Origin: Moniliella sp. 'wahieum' | Lineage: Eukaryota | Assembly (NCBI GenBank): GCA_003971905.1 | Contig: RSEE01000021.1 | Coordinates: forward strand, 310,001 to 374,000 | Length of the DNA stretch: 64,000 bases | Direction: 5' to 3' | Made by a program: the position numbers and the translations under genes | Part shown: positions 26,011 to 37,544 of the stretch, one piece after another | Layout of the letters: the number at the start of each line of letters is the position of its first letter | Position numbering within the stretch: position 1 is the first letter of the stretch | Notes under the pieces: model-generated | Told to the model about the DNA's origin: nothing | Database searches by the model: none | What the model saw: only the letters and a program-made list of their open reading frames with translations

Positions 26011-27239
26011 CTATTTGTCAGATAGGGCAAGGTCCACAGACAGGGTCTCCCCTTCGGAGACGTCGTCTTCGGTGGCAATGTGCGCTCGCGCGGAGCTGTT
26101 GCGGTGCCATTTGTTGTTCGAAGGAACCCCGGTGTGGCCGGACGGCTTTCTCGCAAGAGCACCCCCGCTACGGGGAGATGCACCGGCAGGAGGACCCCCG
26201 CTATGCTGCTGGGATCCCGCGCTGTCGTGTTTGCCAGCGCCCGAGTTGGCGGTCCGGGGGTGACGGCCCCGGTACGGAATTCTGTACTCTGGGTCCGCTG
26301 GGATTCTCTCCACGTCTTGCATTGTCTCCGCCAGAGTCATGCTCTAGGCGGCGACGGTCACCAGGGTCGCGGAGGGCCCCGACGAGGATACGGCGGAATT
26401 GCTCGTCCGAATCGGTTGGTTGCGCTGATCCGGTTGCGGAGCGTCCCCATTTCAGATAGGAACTCGCTCCCGCTGCGCCGGTTTTGGTAGCAGTGGTGAA
26501 AGCGACTGGACAATTCATGATACGTCTTGCAGTCGACCGTACCGTATTTGTTTCGCAGGGCACGGAGCAAGTCAGCTGACGTGTCAACGTTGTCCTGTGC
26601 AATAATGGCAGATTGAACGTCGTTCGGGAGGTGGGACCACAGAAGGTTCTGGAGGCGTAGATCGAGGGACGAGTCGTAGTGTGGTGACGATGGACCGGAG
26701 CGAACGATGTCCTTCGCGGCGGGGTGGATGCGGTCCAGGATGTTGAGGATGGAGGGCTCCCAGAGCACATATTCGGTGGGGTCGCGGAAAGCGTCCTTGC
26801 GCGTCGCGTTGGTACGCTCGATCTCTTTTGACGCGCGTTTCTCAGCGTGGCGAAGCTCGGCCATGTCCTCACTCGCGGATGCAAGGGCCTCACGGGTGTT
26901 TTGCGGCTTCGTGAATTCAACGGCCAATACATATTTCTCCAACGCGAGGGTGAGCGTGTAGATCCAATTTTCCTTTCCGCCCGGTGTTTTCTTGCTCTTC
27001 GGTCCATACGCCGCCGTGTGTGCATCCGTAGCGAACGAGCGGCATGTGGAGCGGAGATTGTCAGCGCTGGTGGGCTTGAACGCGCGGGTGCTTGCGAGGA
27101 GGTTGTCTCTGACGTCGGTGAGGGCCTGTTGCCAGGTCGGGTCGGAGACAGGGGTGGTGGTCGGTTCGTCGATGTCCTGCGCCTCTTCGATGACAGAGAC
27201 TTCGGGAGGAGGGGTGTTTTCTTCCAGTTCGGGGGGCAT
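26011..27239 (-). CDS. Copia gag (one apparent indel near 26400)
   Basis: ORFs 26358-27239 and 26011-26340 directly after the 5' LTR; helical gag-like sequence (DLLRALRNKYG). Confidence 0.75.
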
Positions 27240-27371
27240 GGTGGCTGATTTTTCCTTTGTTTTTTTTGAATTGGTTGGTGTGTGGTGCCGATGGTGGCGT
27301 TGGGGTGGTGGTGGTGACGGTGGGCGCCGATGGTGGTGCTGAGTATTGATCCTTTGCGCCAGTGGGGTGCT

Positions 27372-27385
27372 TCAGATTGTAGCTC
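27372..27385 (-). other. Putative primer-binding site complementary to a tRNA anticodon arm
   Basis: GAGCTACAATCTGA directly after the 5' LTR; its complement TCAGA-TT-GTA-GC-TC has stem/loop geometry. Confidence 0.55.
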
Positions 27386-27596
27386 TGTCACAGGCCTAGC
27401 TAGCGATGCTGGCGATGGTCGATGGAGATGGCATTCAAGAGCTAAGGAGAGCTAGAGCTATGGGCCTTGATAGGCTCCTGGCCTGGAGGCCAGTGGAAAC
27501 CCGTGGAAGGGTCGGAACTCACTGCCCCGGTGCACTGTGTGGATCGGGCCACGTGTCACTGAAGGCCGATGGGCTCTAGACCACTGGTGGTCAACA
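27386..27596 (-). repeat. 5' LTR (211 bp)
   Basis: Direct repeat of 22344-22552. Confidence 0.96.
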
Positions 27597-27980
27597 GTGG
27601 AGTACACTGCGTCCTGTGTACTCAGTAACACATAACAGGGAGTGACTATCGTGACTAGCTTGAGTGACGGGGTTGTGTGGGCTGGCGTGGGCGGTGTTGG
27701 CGATGCGCTAGGGCGTCATCCGCGTCATTCCAGCAGCGTGAACTATATAATGGCTGAACTTTCAACGTTTCAACGCTCCTTTGCAATGTTCATCGATCAT
27801 CGTTCCTCCTTCCCCTCCCCCCCAGTTCGGTTGGGTGATCGAATCCGGATCACATGTCACACCGGCGCCATGTGGGTGCAGTATATGACGCCCAATCAGG
27901 GGGGGTGGTATAGGAGGCGCACAGCCTCTTTTCTTCGCTTCTCGCCACCATGCCCTGCTCACCGCCATCGGCTCCGCACC

Positions 27981-30268
27981 ATGCCCGCTGGCGACGATCC
28001 CTCTCCCATCGGCGCCGTCGAGTGCCGCCGACGACGCTCACCCCACTCCGCCCACCCTCGACGAAATCCGCCAGCAGTACGAGGAGGTGGGCCAAGCTCC
28101 CCCCCTGCCCAACATCCCCCTCCCTGATGATTTCGAGGACGGCCACTCCACTCCCGAGGTGGGGAGTGTTCCCTCCCAGTCCTACCTCCACCGCCATTCC
28201 ACTGCCCAGTCGATGCGTCCCTCCTTCTCACATGGTGCTGATGATGAGCTGGATGTCAGCAACTTGCCCATCACCGATGCACAACGCGCCCGCATTGTAT
28301 CACGCCAGTACGTTCTGCCCCGTACCCCTCTTGTCCCATGGGTCACTGACGCAGCTTCTCTTACAGTCTTGCTCTGGCCGATTCCGAGTCCAACCGCGCA
28401 TCAGTAGCAAACGACTCGGCCTTTTCGAACGTGAACGAGGCTGGATTCTCATCGTCGGCCGTGTCCGGCGCTGCTGGAGACGAAGAGGGCGAAGAACACA
28501 ACGCCGACGAGGGATACCAAGTCCCTTACCATCGTCCTGGTGGCGCTGTTGTCGACGACATTATAAGTGGGCCCACCAAAACCGCGCGGGCAAACGGGTG
28601 CGCAGCGAGTCTCTTCACGTTCCTCGTACCACACCATCGATTCGGTCTTCGACACTTCCTCTATCAAAGAGCCGGGTGGATTCCGTCGCCATTTTGTTCA
28701 GCAGCAAGCAGCGGAGCAGGGCCGTCCACAGCCCAGAGCATTGCGCTCCTTTATTGACTTTTTGTCCCTCTATGGCCACTTTGCCGGTGAAGACCTGGAT
28801 GATCTCGATGCGGTCACGGAAGAGGACGAGGAAGAGGAGGCCGAAACCGAGGGGTGAGAAGGAGACCTTGAGCGGGCAGGCGCTCGTTCCGGTGCGATTC
28901 CTTCCTCCTCCCGCCGTGCGGGTGAAGGATCGAGCGAGCGTGATGCGCCTGGCTGCACCTCGCGGTCGTGTCCGTGGAGCACGTCCGGGTCTTAACGGCC
29001 GTATGACGACCCAGCAACGCATTCGCAGTGTCAGCCAGCAAAAGAAACCGGGTGAGGCAACCGTGACAGAGGCTGTCATGATGCTGCTCAAGTCGTTTGT
29101 GGGGACGGGCATTTTGTTCCTTGGCAAGGCCTTTTTCAATGGCGGTTTGGGCTTTTCCATCGTTGTCCTGACATCGGTCGCCATGATCTCACTCGCTTCG
29201 TTCTTGCTACTTGTTAAGGCCAACCTCAAGGTGCCTGCTTCGTTTGGTGACATGGGTGGCGTGCTGTATGGTCCTCGCATGCGCCTTGCCATCTTCGCTT
29301 CGATTGTCTTTTCCCAACTGGGCTTTGTCGCTGCTTATACCGTCTTTGTCGCCCAGAGTCTACAGGCTTTCATCCTTGCCGTCTCGCACTGCGAGCGGCT
29401 CGTGCCAATCGGCTATCTCATTCTTGTCCAGTTGATTGCCTTTGTCCCGCTTTCCTTGGTGCGCCGTATTGCCAAACTCTCCGGCACGGCATTGGTGGCG
29501 GATGCTTTCATTCTCTTTGGCATTGTGTACCTTTTCCAGTTTGAGATTCGCAAGATTGCGCATGAAGGGTTGGCTGATGTGGTGCAATTCAACCGTCAGA
29601 CTTCCCGCTGTTGATTGGTACCGCTGTGTTACATTTGAGGGCATTGGCCTCGTCATTCCCATCACCGAGTCTATGAAGGAGCCACAAAAGTTCCCCAAGG
29701 TGCTCAGCTACGTGATGGTTTTCATTACCATTCTATTTGCATCGGCGGGCGCTTTGGGTTATGGCGCGTTTGGCTCAGAGATCCAGACAGTGGTCATCAC
29801 CAACTTACCACAAACAGCCCTTTCGTGCAAGCCTTGCAGGCGTTCTACAGTCTGGCGATCCTGCTCTCGACTCCTCTTCAGCTGTTCCCCGCTCTTTCGA
29901 TCCTTGAGAGGGGCATCTTTGGCTCGCGGCGGAGCGGTAAGTTTGACTGGCGCATCAAGGTGCAGAAGAACGTGTTCCGCATCCTTGTTGTATGCGTTTG
30001 TGCCCTGGCCGCCTGGGCGGGTGCGAGCGATTTGGACAAGTTTGTGTCCTTGATTGGCAGCGTGGCGTGTGTGCCGCTTTGCTTTATCTACCCCGCCGCT
30101 CTTGCACCTCAAGGCATGCGCGACGCGATGGCGTACGCGCATGCTCGACTATCCCTCTTGGCATTCGGCATTGTCTGTGTCCTCTTTGCCGGCTCTCAGA
30201 CCATTGTGGCGCTGGCGGAGCCACGGGGACCAGCAAAGCCGCACCAGTGTTCGGCTCCGCACCCTTAG
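27981..30268 (+). CDS. Vacuolar amino acid transporter, Avt3/Avt4-like (AAAP family)
   Basis: PGGFRRHF, SFIDFLSLYGHFAGEDL, MLLKSFVGTGILFL, FEGIGLVIPI, PLQLFPA, DLDKFVSLIGS; TATATAA at 27744. Confidence 0.92.
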
Positions 30269-31008
30269 ATGCCAAATTCAGCTTCAAGCATCAAGCAGCA
30301 AGCTCCGCCTTTCCCCCATTTATGCTGTTAGCCACACCCTGTCAGCTCCGCTGATTCTATTTTCCTACTATCGCCATCCACACCTTGGTCTCTCGTCTAC
30401 TTCTCTCTGGGCCGTATTCCGAATACTTTTCTCTGGACCGTGCTTCCCATTCATGTCATGTCTTAAGCCGTATGTTATCTGGCTACTCATCCAGCGGGTA
30501 GGAGTTCCTCCTGGGGCCTGCTCCACGATCAATATATGATGGGTGGCGCTGGTGCCTGCCCGCCCCTGGTTTGCGCTTCTTATTTCTCTGGAAGGAACAC
30601 ACGGATAGACTCAGCTCGTATATTCGCCTGGGACGCCTTGGAAGTTGGCCAGCTTCATTCACGTTGTGCACCAACAGAGGCCAGACAGAAACAGAGGTGC
30701 TCCTGAGAGATCATATCAACGCCAGATGGGTCCCCTTCCAGTGGCACTAAAAATACCGCACTCCCCGCTGGTCTTGAAACGTTGAATCGGGGGGCGCCAT
30801 GGCTGTGCAACGTGGAAGCCCCTCGCCTCGCGCAAGAGTGGCCCTGTGCGCGCATTGGGCGGCTGCCAGCACACGGCCAGTGGTAGCCTTCCCCCCCGCT
30901 TACGTGATTCCTGATTGGCCAAGCATCCAGCCTGCCTTGGCCGCTTTCACTCGGCTCCACCGCTCCACTTGGGCTTGCGCTGTTCCACCACCTCTGGCTC
31001 TATCCTCC

Positions 31009-31712
31009 ATGTTCATCCTCAACTGGTTTTGGGTGCGTTTCTCCACGCTGCCACTTCTCTTCTGCCTGCCCAGCTGACCCCCTGCCCATCAGGACGTGCT
31101 GGCCCAGCTCGGCCTGGCCCACAAGAACGCCAAGATTCTTTTCCTCGGCCTAGACAATGCTGGCAAGACGACGTTGCTCCATATGCTCAAGAACGACAAG
31201 CTTGCCACGCTCCAGCCTACGCTTCACCCCACTAGCGAAGAGCTCTCCATTGGTCAGGTTCGCTTCACACACCTACGACTTGGGCGGTCACTTGCAGGCG
31301 CGTCGCCTGTGGAAAGACTACTTCCCTGAGGTCGACGGCATTGTCTTCATGGTTGACGCCACGGATGTTCCCCGCTTTGTCGAGTCGCGTGCCGAGCTGG
31401 ACTCGCTGCTCTCCATCGAGGAACTGTCCAAGGTCCCCTTCTTGATCCTTGGCAACAAGATTGACTCTCCGGCAGCCGTGTCGGAGGAGGAGCTGCGTGC
31501 TGCCCTCGGTCTGTACCAGACGACAGGCAAGGGCAAGGTGCCCCTCAAGGACATTCGCCCTGTCGAGCTGTTCATGTGCTCTGTCGTGGAACGGCAGGGC
31601 TATGGCGAGGGTTTCCGCTGGATCTCCCAATACGTGGGTCCCTTCCCTTTCCTCCTGATCTCTTTGACGCTGTTCACTAACCTTGACTCTCTGCGTCGCT
31701 CGCCAGATTTAA
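31009..31712 (+). CDS. SAR1: Small COPII GTPase Sar1; introns ~31033-31092 and 31634-31706
   Basis: [70 protein letters not shown]. Confidence 0.97.
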
Positions 31713-32192
31713 TGGTCCCGTACCAGGTCTCCGTTGTACCTTGCTATCAAGGCATTCTCGAAGGATACTCTAAAGTGGGCTCAATTTTCTTGACCTGTCA
31801 TGCCTCTCTGCGTCTGACCCAAAGTGCGGACGGGAGGAGCGTGTCAGAACCGGTGCATTTTTCTGCAAACGTTCCATGTCAAAATCTCAGATCTCACTTC
31901 TTCCATTGGACTGCTAGCCACCGGTTACTTATGCTGGCTGGTTGCCCTTTCCCCTCCCTTCCTCGCCTCCAGTCCTTAGTATATATGACTGTGGCGGAAG
32001 CCTTCTCAGCCCGTTTGATGAATCTACTTGCTCTAGTCTGGGTTCTCCACTGTGCATCATAGCATGTGCCATGCCCCACCCCTTTCATCAGGAGACGCTA
32101 AACTCATACGCCGAATTGCATCTGACAGAAACTATAGTCATGCCAACAATGGCGATTCATTTGCTTGAGCGGTCGGGGTTCAACTTCAACGT

Positions 32193-32884
32193 TCAGTGTT
32201 CATAGGTCTTTGCCTCCATCCCTGAAGGCGGCTTGGTTGGAACGGTGCCTTTGGACACCTCATCCCAGTTGGTCGACAATGCAGTACCGTTGGACTCGAT
32301 GTAAGACTTGGCCATCGCCCTGCGAGTTTCATCGCTAGCACCCGAGTAGAGCTGCTTGAAGAAGGCGTCAATGTCATTTCCTCCTTGCCTTGCCTCCTCG
32401 TCTGAATCCAGCTCGTCAACCACCTTCCACTTGTCAGCGTTGCGACGCTGCGTCGATGCCGTTTCCGAGGGAGCCTGGGCACTTGGTGTGCTGGATGAGG
32501 CACCAGAGGTAGTTACAGGGACAGCAGTAGGATCAGTCGGGTCCCTAGCCAGTTTAGGCCAGTGAGCACCCACGGTCGCCTTGGCCAGGGTGATGTCCAG
32601 CTTCATGCTGAGAACTTTGAAGGTGCTTTTGGGATTGGTGTGAATGGGAGCAAAGAGATCGATGTCCAAAATAGCATCCTCAGAACCATCGCCGAGGTCA
32701 ACGTGCAGGTGCTGGGGTCCAAAGTCGACGATGACCTTGCTGGGGTCGAGCTTCTTTTTAAAAATGGACACAACGACCTCCGCGTCGGTCTGGTAAAAGT
32801 CAATCCTATATGCGAAAAAGAGAACCAGTTAGCCTAACCGCTGCGAGGTTTCGACAACAGCGGGGAGACTTGCCTGGGCGTCAT
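32193..32884 (-). CDS. SGT1: Sgt1-family co-chaperone (CS + SGS domains), GC-AG intron 32806-32873
   Basis: MTPR|IDFYQTDAEVVVSIFKK (CS) and AFFKQLYSGASDETRRAMAKSYIESNGTALSTNWDEV (SGS). Confidence 0.92.
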
Positions 32885-33073
32885 GGCGTGGCGCAATACG
32901 AATTGCAAAGAAGCAACAGATGGTGGCGGGTGACGTGGGCCAGCCGGTGTAGAACTGCAGCTGGTAAAGTACGCGAGCTTACCTAATTACTATGCGAAAC
33001 ATGCTTCAGCCTTCAAGAGCTTAAAACTTGGGGCTTCAGTCAATACCATTTAACCCATCCAGTCTCCCTCCTT

Positions 33074-34043
33074 TCACCTTGTTTTTGGCAATTGGGACGC
33101 CACATCGTCCCATCCCTTTCCGTTGCGTAGCTCCTCAATTTGCGCACGGGAGAGGCCATTCAACCTTTGTTCCAAGTAGTCAACCTCGACCACCTTGGTC
33201 AAGGGAATGACGTACTCCCTGTAAATATCCACCACTTCTTTGACCTCGATTTTGCGGGGCCCTTCCCCTCCAGTCTTCTCATTCGTACGATCCGTGCCAG
33301 GATTATGGCGCGCGAGGAACGCCGTATCATAGTCCCGCCCATACATGTCAGCCTTCTCTGCTAAACGACGGAGCAACGCGGCCTCCACATCGGGCTTGGT
33401 GATGAGCGCGTCTAATGCAGCCCGGTCGTTGGTCTCGATAGGCTTGATGAATACCGCGGGGTTCTGGCGGAACTTGGATTCGGACACGAACATGCCAAAG
33501 TGAATGCGTCGGCTGAGTGCACTCAGCAGCTCCACATCCCGCACGGCCGCTGAGCCATACTGACCATCGTCGGATCCCAGCGCACAGATGCGAGGGATGA
33601 CTTGGTTGACGTAAAATTCGTAAATCTTGGGGTTTACATTTGTGGTGACCTTTGTTGCTGGGATAGAGCAGATCTGGGTAGCTCACGGCGGGCAAAATGG
33701 GTTCTGGAAGCGCCTGAAGGTCGGAGAAGGGATATTCGTCCGGGGCTTCCCACCGGCGTACCTTGGCGTGGGCCTTTTCGGACTCGAACAAGAACCATTC
33801 TGTCCAGGACTTGTGCCACCCCTCGCGCTCGGCAAGCTGGGGGAACGCGTTGGGTTGGTACATGGGCGCATTGGCGCCAAACTGGGCTCGTTCAATCAAC
33901 TGGAATACAATGGTGTCTTCCAGTCGCTGCAGAGTGGAGCGAATGTGAACGAGGGAGAGAAGCTCATCAGCCGATGCCCCACTGAGGTTGCTGGTGTGGG
34001 GCATTCCAGTATGCGAAGGAAAGTGAAGCGGTGGAGTGGGCAT
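33074..34043 (-). CDS. ARO7: Chorismate mutase (eukaryotic AroQ type)
   Basis: IRSTLQRLEDTIVFQLIERAQF, VRRWEAPDEYPF, LSRRIHFGMFVSESKF, VIPLTKVVEVDYL; start at 34043 or 34004. Confidence 0.95.
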
Positions 34044-34499
34044 CGCGAGACGGAGATGGTGGTGGTGATCTCCGTCTGGAAGGCCGCACTAATATTCGAG
34101 GTGGAGCTAGCGCGTGAGCACGTGAGCGTGAGCGTGAGTCCGTCTGCGATTGAAAATTGATTTGGCTGCGGATCTCCGGGTAGCCGTGCTTTGCCGCGGG
34201 CAATGTAATTAATCATCGATCATCTAGGCACTGATTGATGACGTTGGAAGCTACCACGCTCGACGCTGTCTGGGATCATCTTATTTCCGTTGTGCGCCAA
34301 TAGTAGCCTCCCCCTGAAGGGGCTGTCGACCTGCTGTACCTGACTTGCCCTATTTCTGATCCCAGCGGCTGACCAGCCCCCTGCCCTCAGGAGCTAGCCT
34401 GCTGTCCCTCGCGCTTACCATCCCACCACCACTTCCCCCTCTATATATCTGCCTACTTTGGGCCGCTTCCGCTCGCGTTTCGGCGTCCTCTCCAACACC

Positions 34500-36134
34500 A
34501 TGGCCGAACAGGCGCTGTCTACGCACGTGCCTGCCAGCCTGCCCGGCTCGGACGACAAGTCCGCCCTCAGCTCGCCAGACGAGCTGCCCCAGCCCATCCA
34601 GGCTGGCTCGAAGGACCAAGCGTTTCACCACCGCTTCCAGCACCTCACCACCCTCCTCGCCCGTGCCCAGATTGAGAGCCAGGGCATTGTGCCTCTTCCC
34701 CGCGAAAGCAAACAGGAACCGCATGGTGGAGCGTTGGCTTCCTGGTTTTCGGGTAACTTCAACATTCTTTCTTTCAGTACCGGTACCCTTGCTGCCTCTT
34801 TTGGCCTCAGCTTCTATGGCGCCTATGGTACCATCCTTGGGTTTGGTCTTCTTTGTGCTCTACCACCCGCCTACCTTTCCACATTCGGCCGCCCCTTGGC
34901 ATGCGCTGGTCCAGTCGCGATACAGTTGGGGCTTCTGGCCCACCTGCCTCATTGCACTCCTCAGTGCCGCTACTATGGTAGGTTTTTGTATTCTTAACGC
35001 CATTCTCGGTGGACAGGCCCTGGCGGCGGTAAGTTCGCGTACCGAGGGTGGACACGGCCGCCAGTGGTACTGGTGCTGGCCAGCTTATCCCTCTCCAGCA
35101 AGAGACTATGTCGACGGTGGTGGGATTGTGATTGTGTGCGTGTGCGCACTGGTCATCTCCTTTTTTGGCATCGCATCCTGCATGTCTTTGCGTGCCATCT
35201 GGGTGCTCACCATTATTCCCTTTATTTCGATCATTGCTGTGGCGGGCACAGGGCCCCGGGCCTGCATATCCCGGAAGCGGCCAAGTCACAATCGACCGAG
35301 GAGTACCCTGCCGCAGTGCAGCCCCAGTCTTGGCCATGGCAGGTGTCGTGGCTGGTTTCTTTTTCCTTATGCACCCCTCGCGAGTGACATGTCACTTTAC
35401 TTGCGGCCCGACACGAGTTCGTGGAAATTGTTTTGGGGCACGTACGCTGGCTTTGTTTTATCAAGTGTCCCAGCTCAGATGTTGGGTGCCGCCTTTGCCT
35501 ATTCGGCCATGGACATCCCCGCATGGCAAGACGCGCTGGATAAGTCGGTTGGTGCCTTGTTCAATACGATTCTGGCTGGCCCTCAGACTCGCGGTACGTC
35601 CGCGCTTCGCGGCTTTGGCAAATTTGCAACTGTTCTTCTCCTCTCCACGGAGAGCAATTTGGCCCTGACGTTCTACTCGTTGACGCTCGCCATTCAAACA
35701 ATGGTACCTTTCAAGTTTGTTTACCGCACACCTCGTTTCTTTTTCAGTATCGGTCACGGCCATTGTGCTGCCCACAGCCATTGCTGGGGCAACTCACTTT
35801 TACAGTACCCTGTCGACATTTACCACCATTTCTCCTATTGGTCGGCGCTTTACATTGCCATTGCCATGACGGAGCACATTGTCTTCCGTAAGTCCAACTT
35901 TGCCAACTACGACAGGTCCGTGTGGGACAAGCCTTCCAAGCTTCCCTGGGGGATTGGGGCCATGTCAGCAGCGTTGATGTCACTTGCGCCCTTGATCCCA
36001 TCAGCTCGCAAACGTGGTACACGGGACCCATCGCCAAGCATTCGGGTGACCTTGGGTTTGAGGTTGGGTTTGCGGCGGCAGTTGTGCTGTACATTCCCAT
36101 GCGCTACCTTGAATTGCGCATGTTCAAGAGGTAG
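34500..36134 (+). CDS. NCS1 purine-cytosine/vitamin B6 permease family (Fcy2/Tpn1-like)
   Basis: IESQGIVP, WFSGNFNILSFSTG, SRYSWG, LNAILGGQAL, EHIVFRK, LPWGIGA, QTWYTGPIAKHSGDLGFE, LRYLE-like end. Confidence 0.9.
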
Positions 36135-36390
36135 AACCTACCTTTCTCTTGCCGGGAACGTGGAATGACATACGCCCTACTTCCATTCATCTCTCTGATG
36201 GTGTGCTAGGAGATATGCAACGCCCAACATAGAACGGATGCGGCTCTATCAGCGTATCTCCACTGTACTCAGGCGCGGCGGAGCCATGTCCAGATTCATG
36301 GTTAAGGAAGTGTACATGAGCGACGAAGAGAAGAAAAGGTGAGGGAGTAGTGGGAAATGGCAGAGGCAATTGCGTCTAGATGTCAGCTAA

Positions 36391-36488
36391 TCTCCGATAG
36401 TTTAGTGGCTATGAACACGTCCCATGTCATCGATGATTCTTTCGACAGGCGTGCGGACGAGACCCGGGTTCGATTCCCGGTCGGAGAG
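36391..36488 (+). tRNA. tRNA-Asp(GTC) with ~24-nt intron
   Basis: TCTCCGA/TCGGAGA acceptor stem, CGTCC/GGACG anticodon stem, CCGGG-TTCGATT-CCCGG T-arm, T5 terminator; one extra base in the anticodon loop. Confidence 0.88.
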
Positions 36489-37544
36489 TAAATTTTTGCT
36501 AATTGCGTGTGTAATTATTGCTCGTGCGTAGTGGAGGGTTGCGACGGGTGTTCTGCTTCTACGTACGCTCGCTTTGGAGGGCCCCGCCCCCCACTCGCTG
36601 GCATCTGTGGCCTTGACACCTCCTCCACATTTGTACGCATCGCCCTTGCCATGCAACCGCCCTGCTGCCCTCTTTCGGGTACCTCTTCCCCGCACCCGCC
36701 CGCATCTGGCTTCTCGGTCGCCTGCCGCTGTTACATGAGAAAAACCGAACGAAACGACGCTGTACCTCTTCTGCTATGACCCACGCCCTTACATCGAAAC
36801 GAGGGGTGAACATGAAGAGTGGAACATTTTGGGGTGGGCCAGCCAGGATAGGGCATGCCTCCTACTGCAGGAATGCACCTACTATAACCTCCTTCTCTGT
36901 GACCCGTACGTACATCAGGCGATAGTAGCGTTTGGAATTGATCTTTCCGGTGGCTTCACGCCAGAGGAGCGTCTCATGTGAACTGCCCAGAAAAATGTCG
37001 CTGACGGTCTCTTGGGCATCGCCAACGCCGCTGTTGCCTTCTTGATTGACTTGGACCATATGCAACCGGTTGCCGCGGCCAGCTTGACTTACTCTTGGTT
37101 GGCTAGAGCGAAATCGCAATATGGGGCTACACCCGTGCCACGCGCAGTGTTGAGCTCCACGTTTCGTTGTCTCTGGCTGAGCATCTTCTCCTGGTGCAGA
37201 TGGGGACGATGTCGGATAGAGGAAGATGCGTGGTGGGCAAATGCCGAAGGCTGAAGAGTTTTACGGCGGCCCCAGTGGGATGTCGTGGCACGTGACAGTG
37301 CGACGCGAGCGCATTGCTGCGGGGTAAATGGGACAGGCGTCGCAGGCAACCGCTGGGCCCGCTGGAGCGGAATTGGGAGGGGCGGAAGGGCGGGGAGTAT
37401 TCGGTGATGCGGCGCAGAAGTCGAATGCGTTCCGAACGCGACGACCGAAAATACGCGCGAGGCGAGTGGCGCTGCCGAGGCGAATTGGACGAGACCACCA
37501 CCTTCTCCTCCTCCTTCTCCCCCACCCCATCCCCTCCCATCACA

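Larger units (their letters stand above)
22344..27596 (-). mobile_element. Full-length Ty1/copia LTR retrotransposon with 5-bp TSD GTGGA
   Basis: LTRs 22344-22552 and 27386-27596 (TG...CA, differing only by two 1-nt indels); GTGGA at 22339-22343 and 27597-27601; internal order gag-PR(DSGA)-IN([13 protein letters not shown])-RT([13 protein letters not shown])-RH(YTDAD, DN, ADILTK). Confidence 0.97.

Noticed and set aside
27380..27470. Tf1-like self-priming through GAGCTA repeats in the LTR
   Set aside because: Only 6-7 nt of complementarity; the tRNA anticodon-arm register fits better, and self-priming is known from gypsy-type elements.
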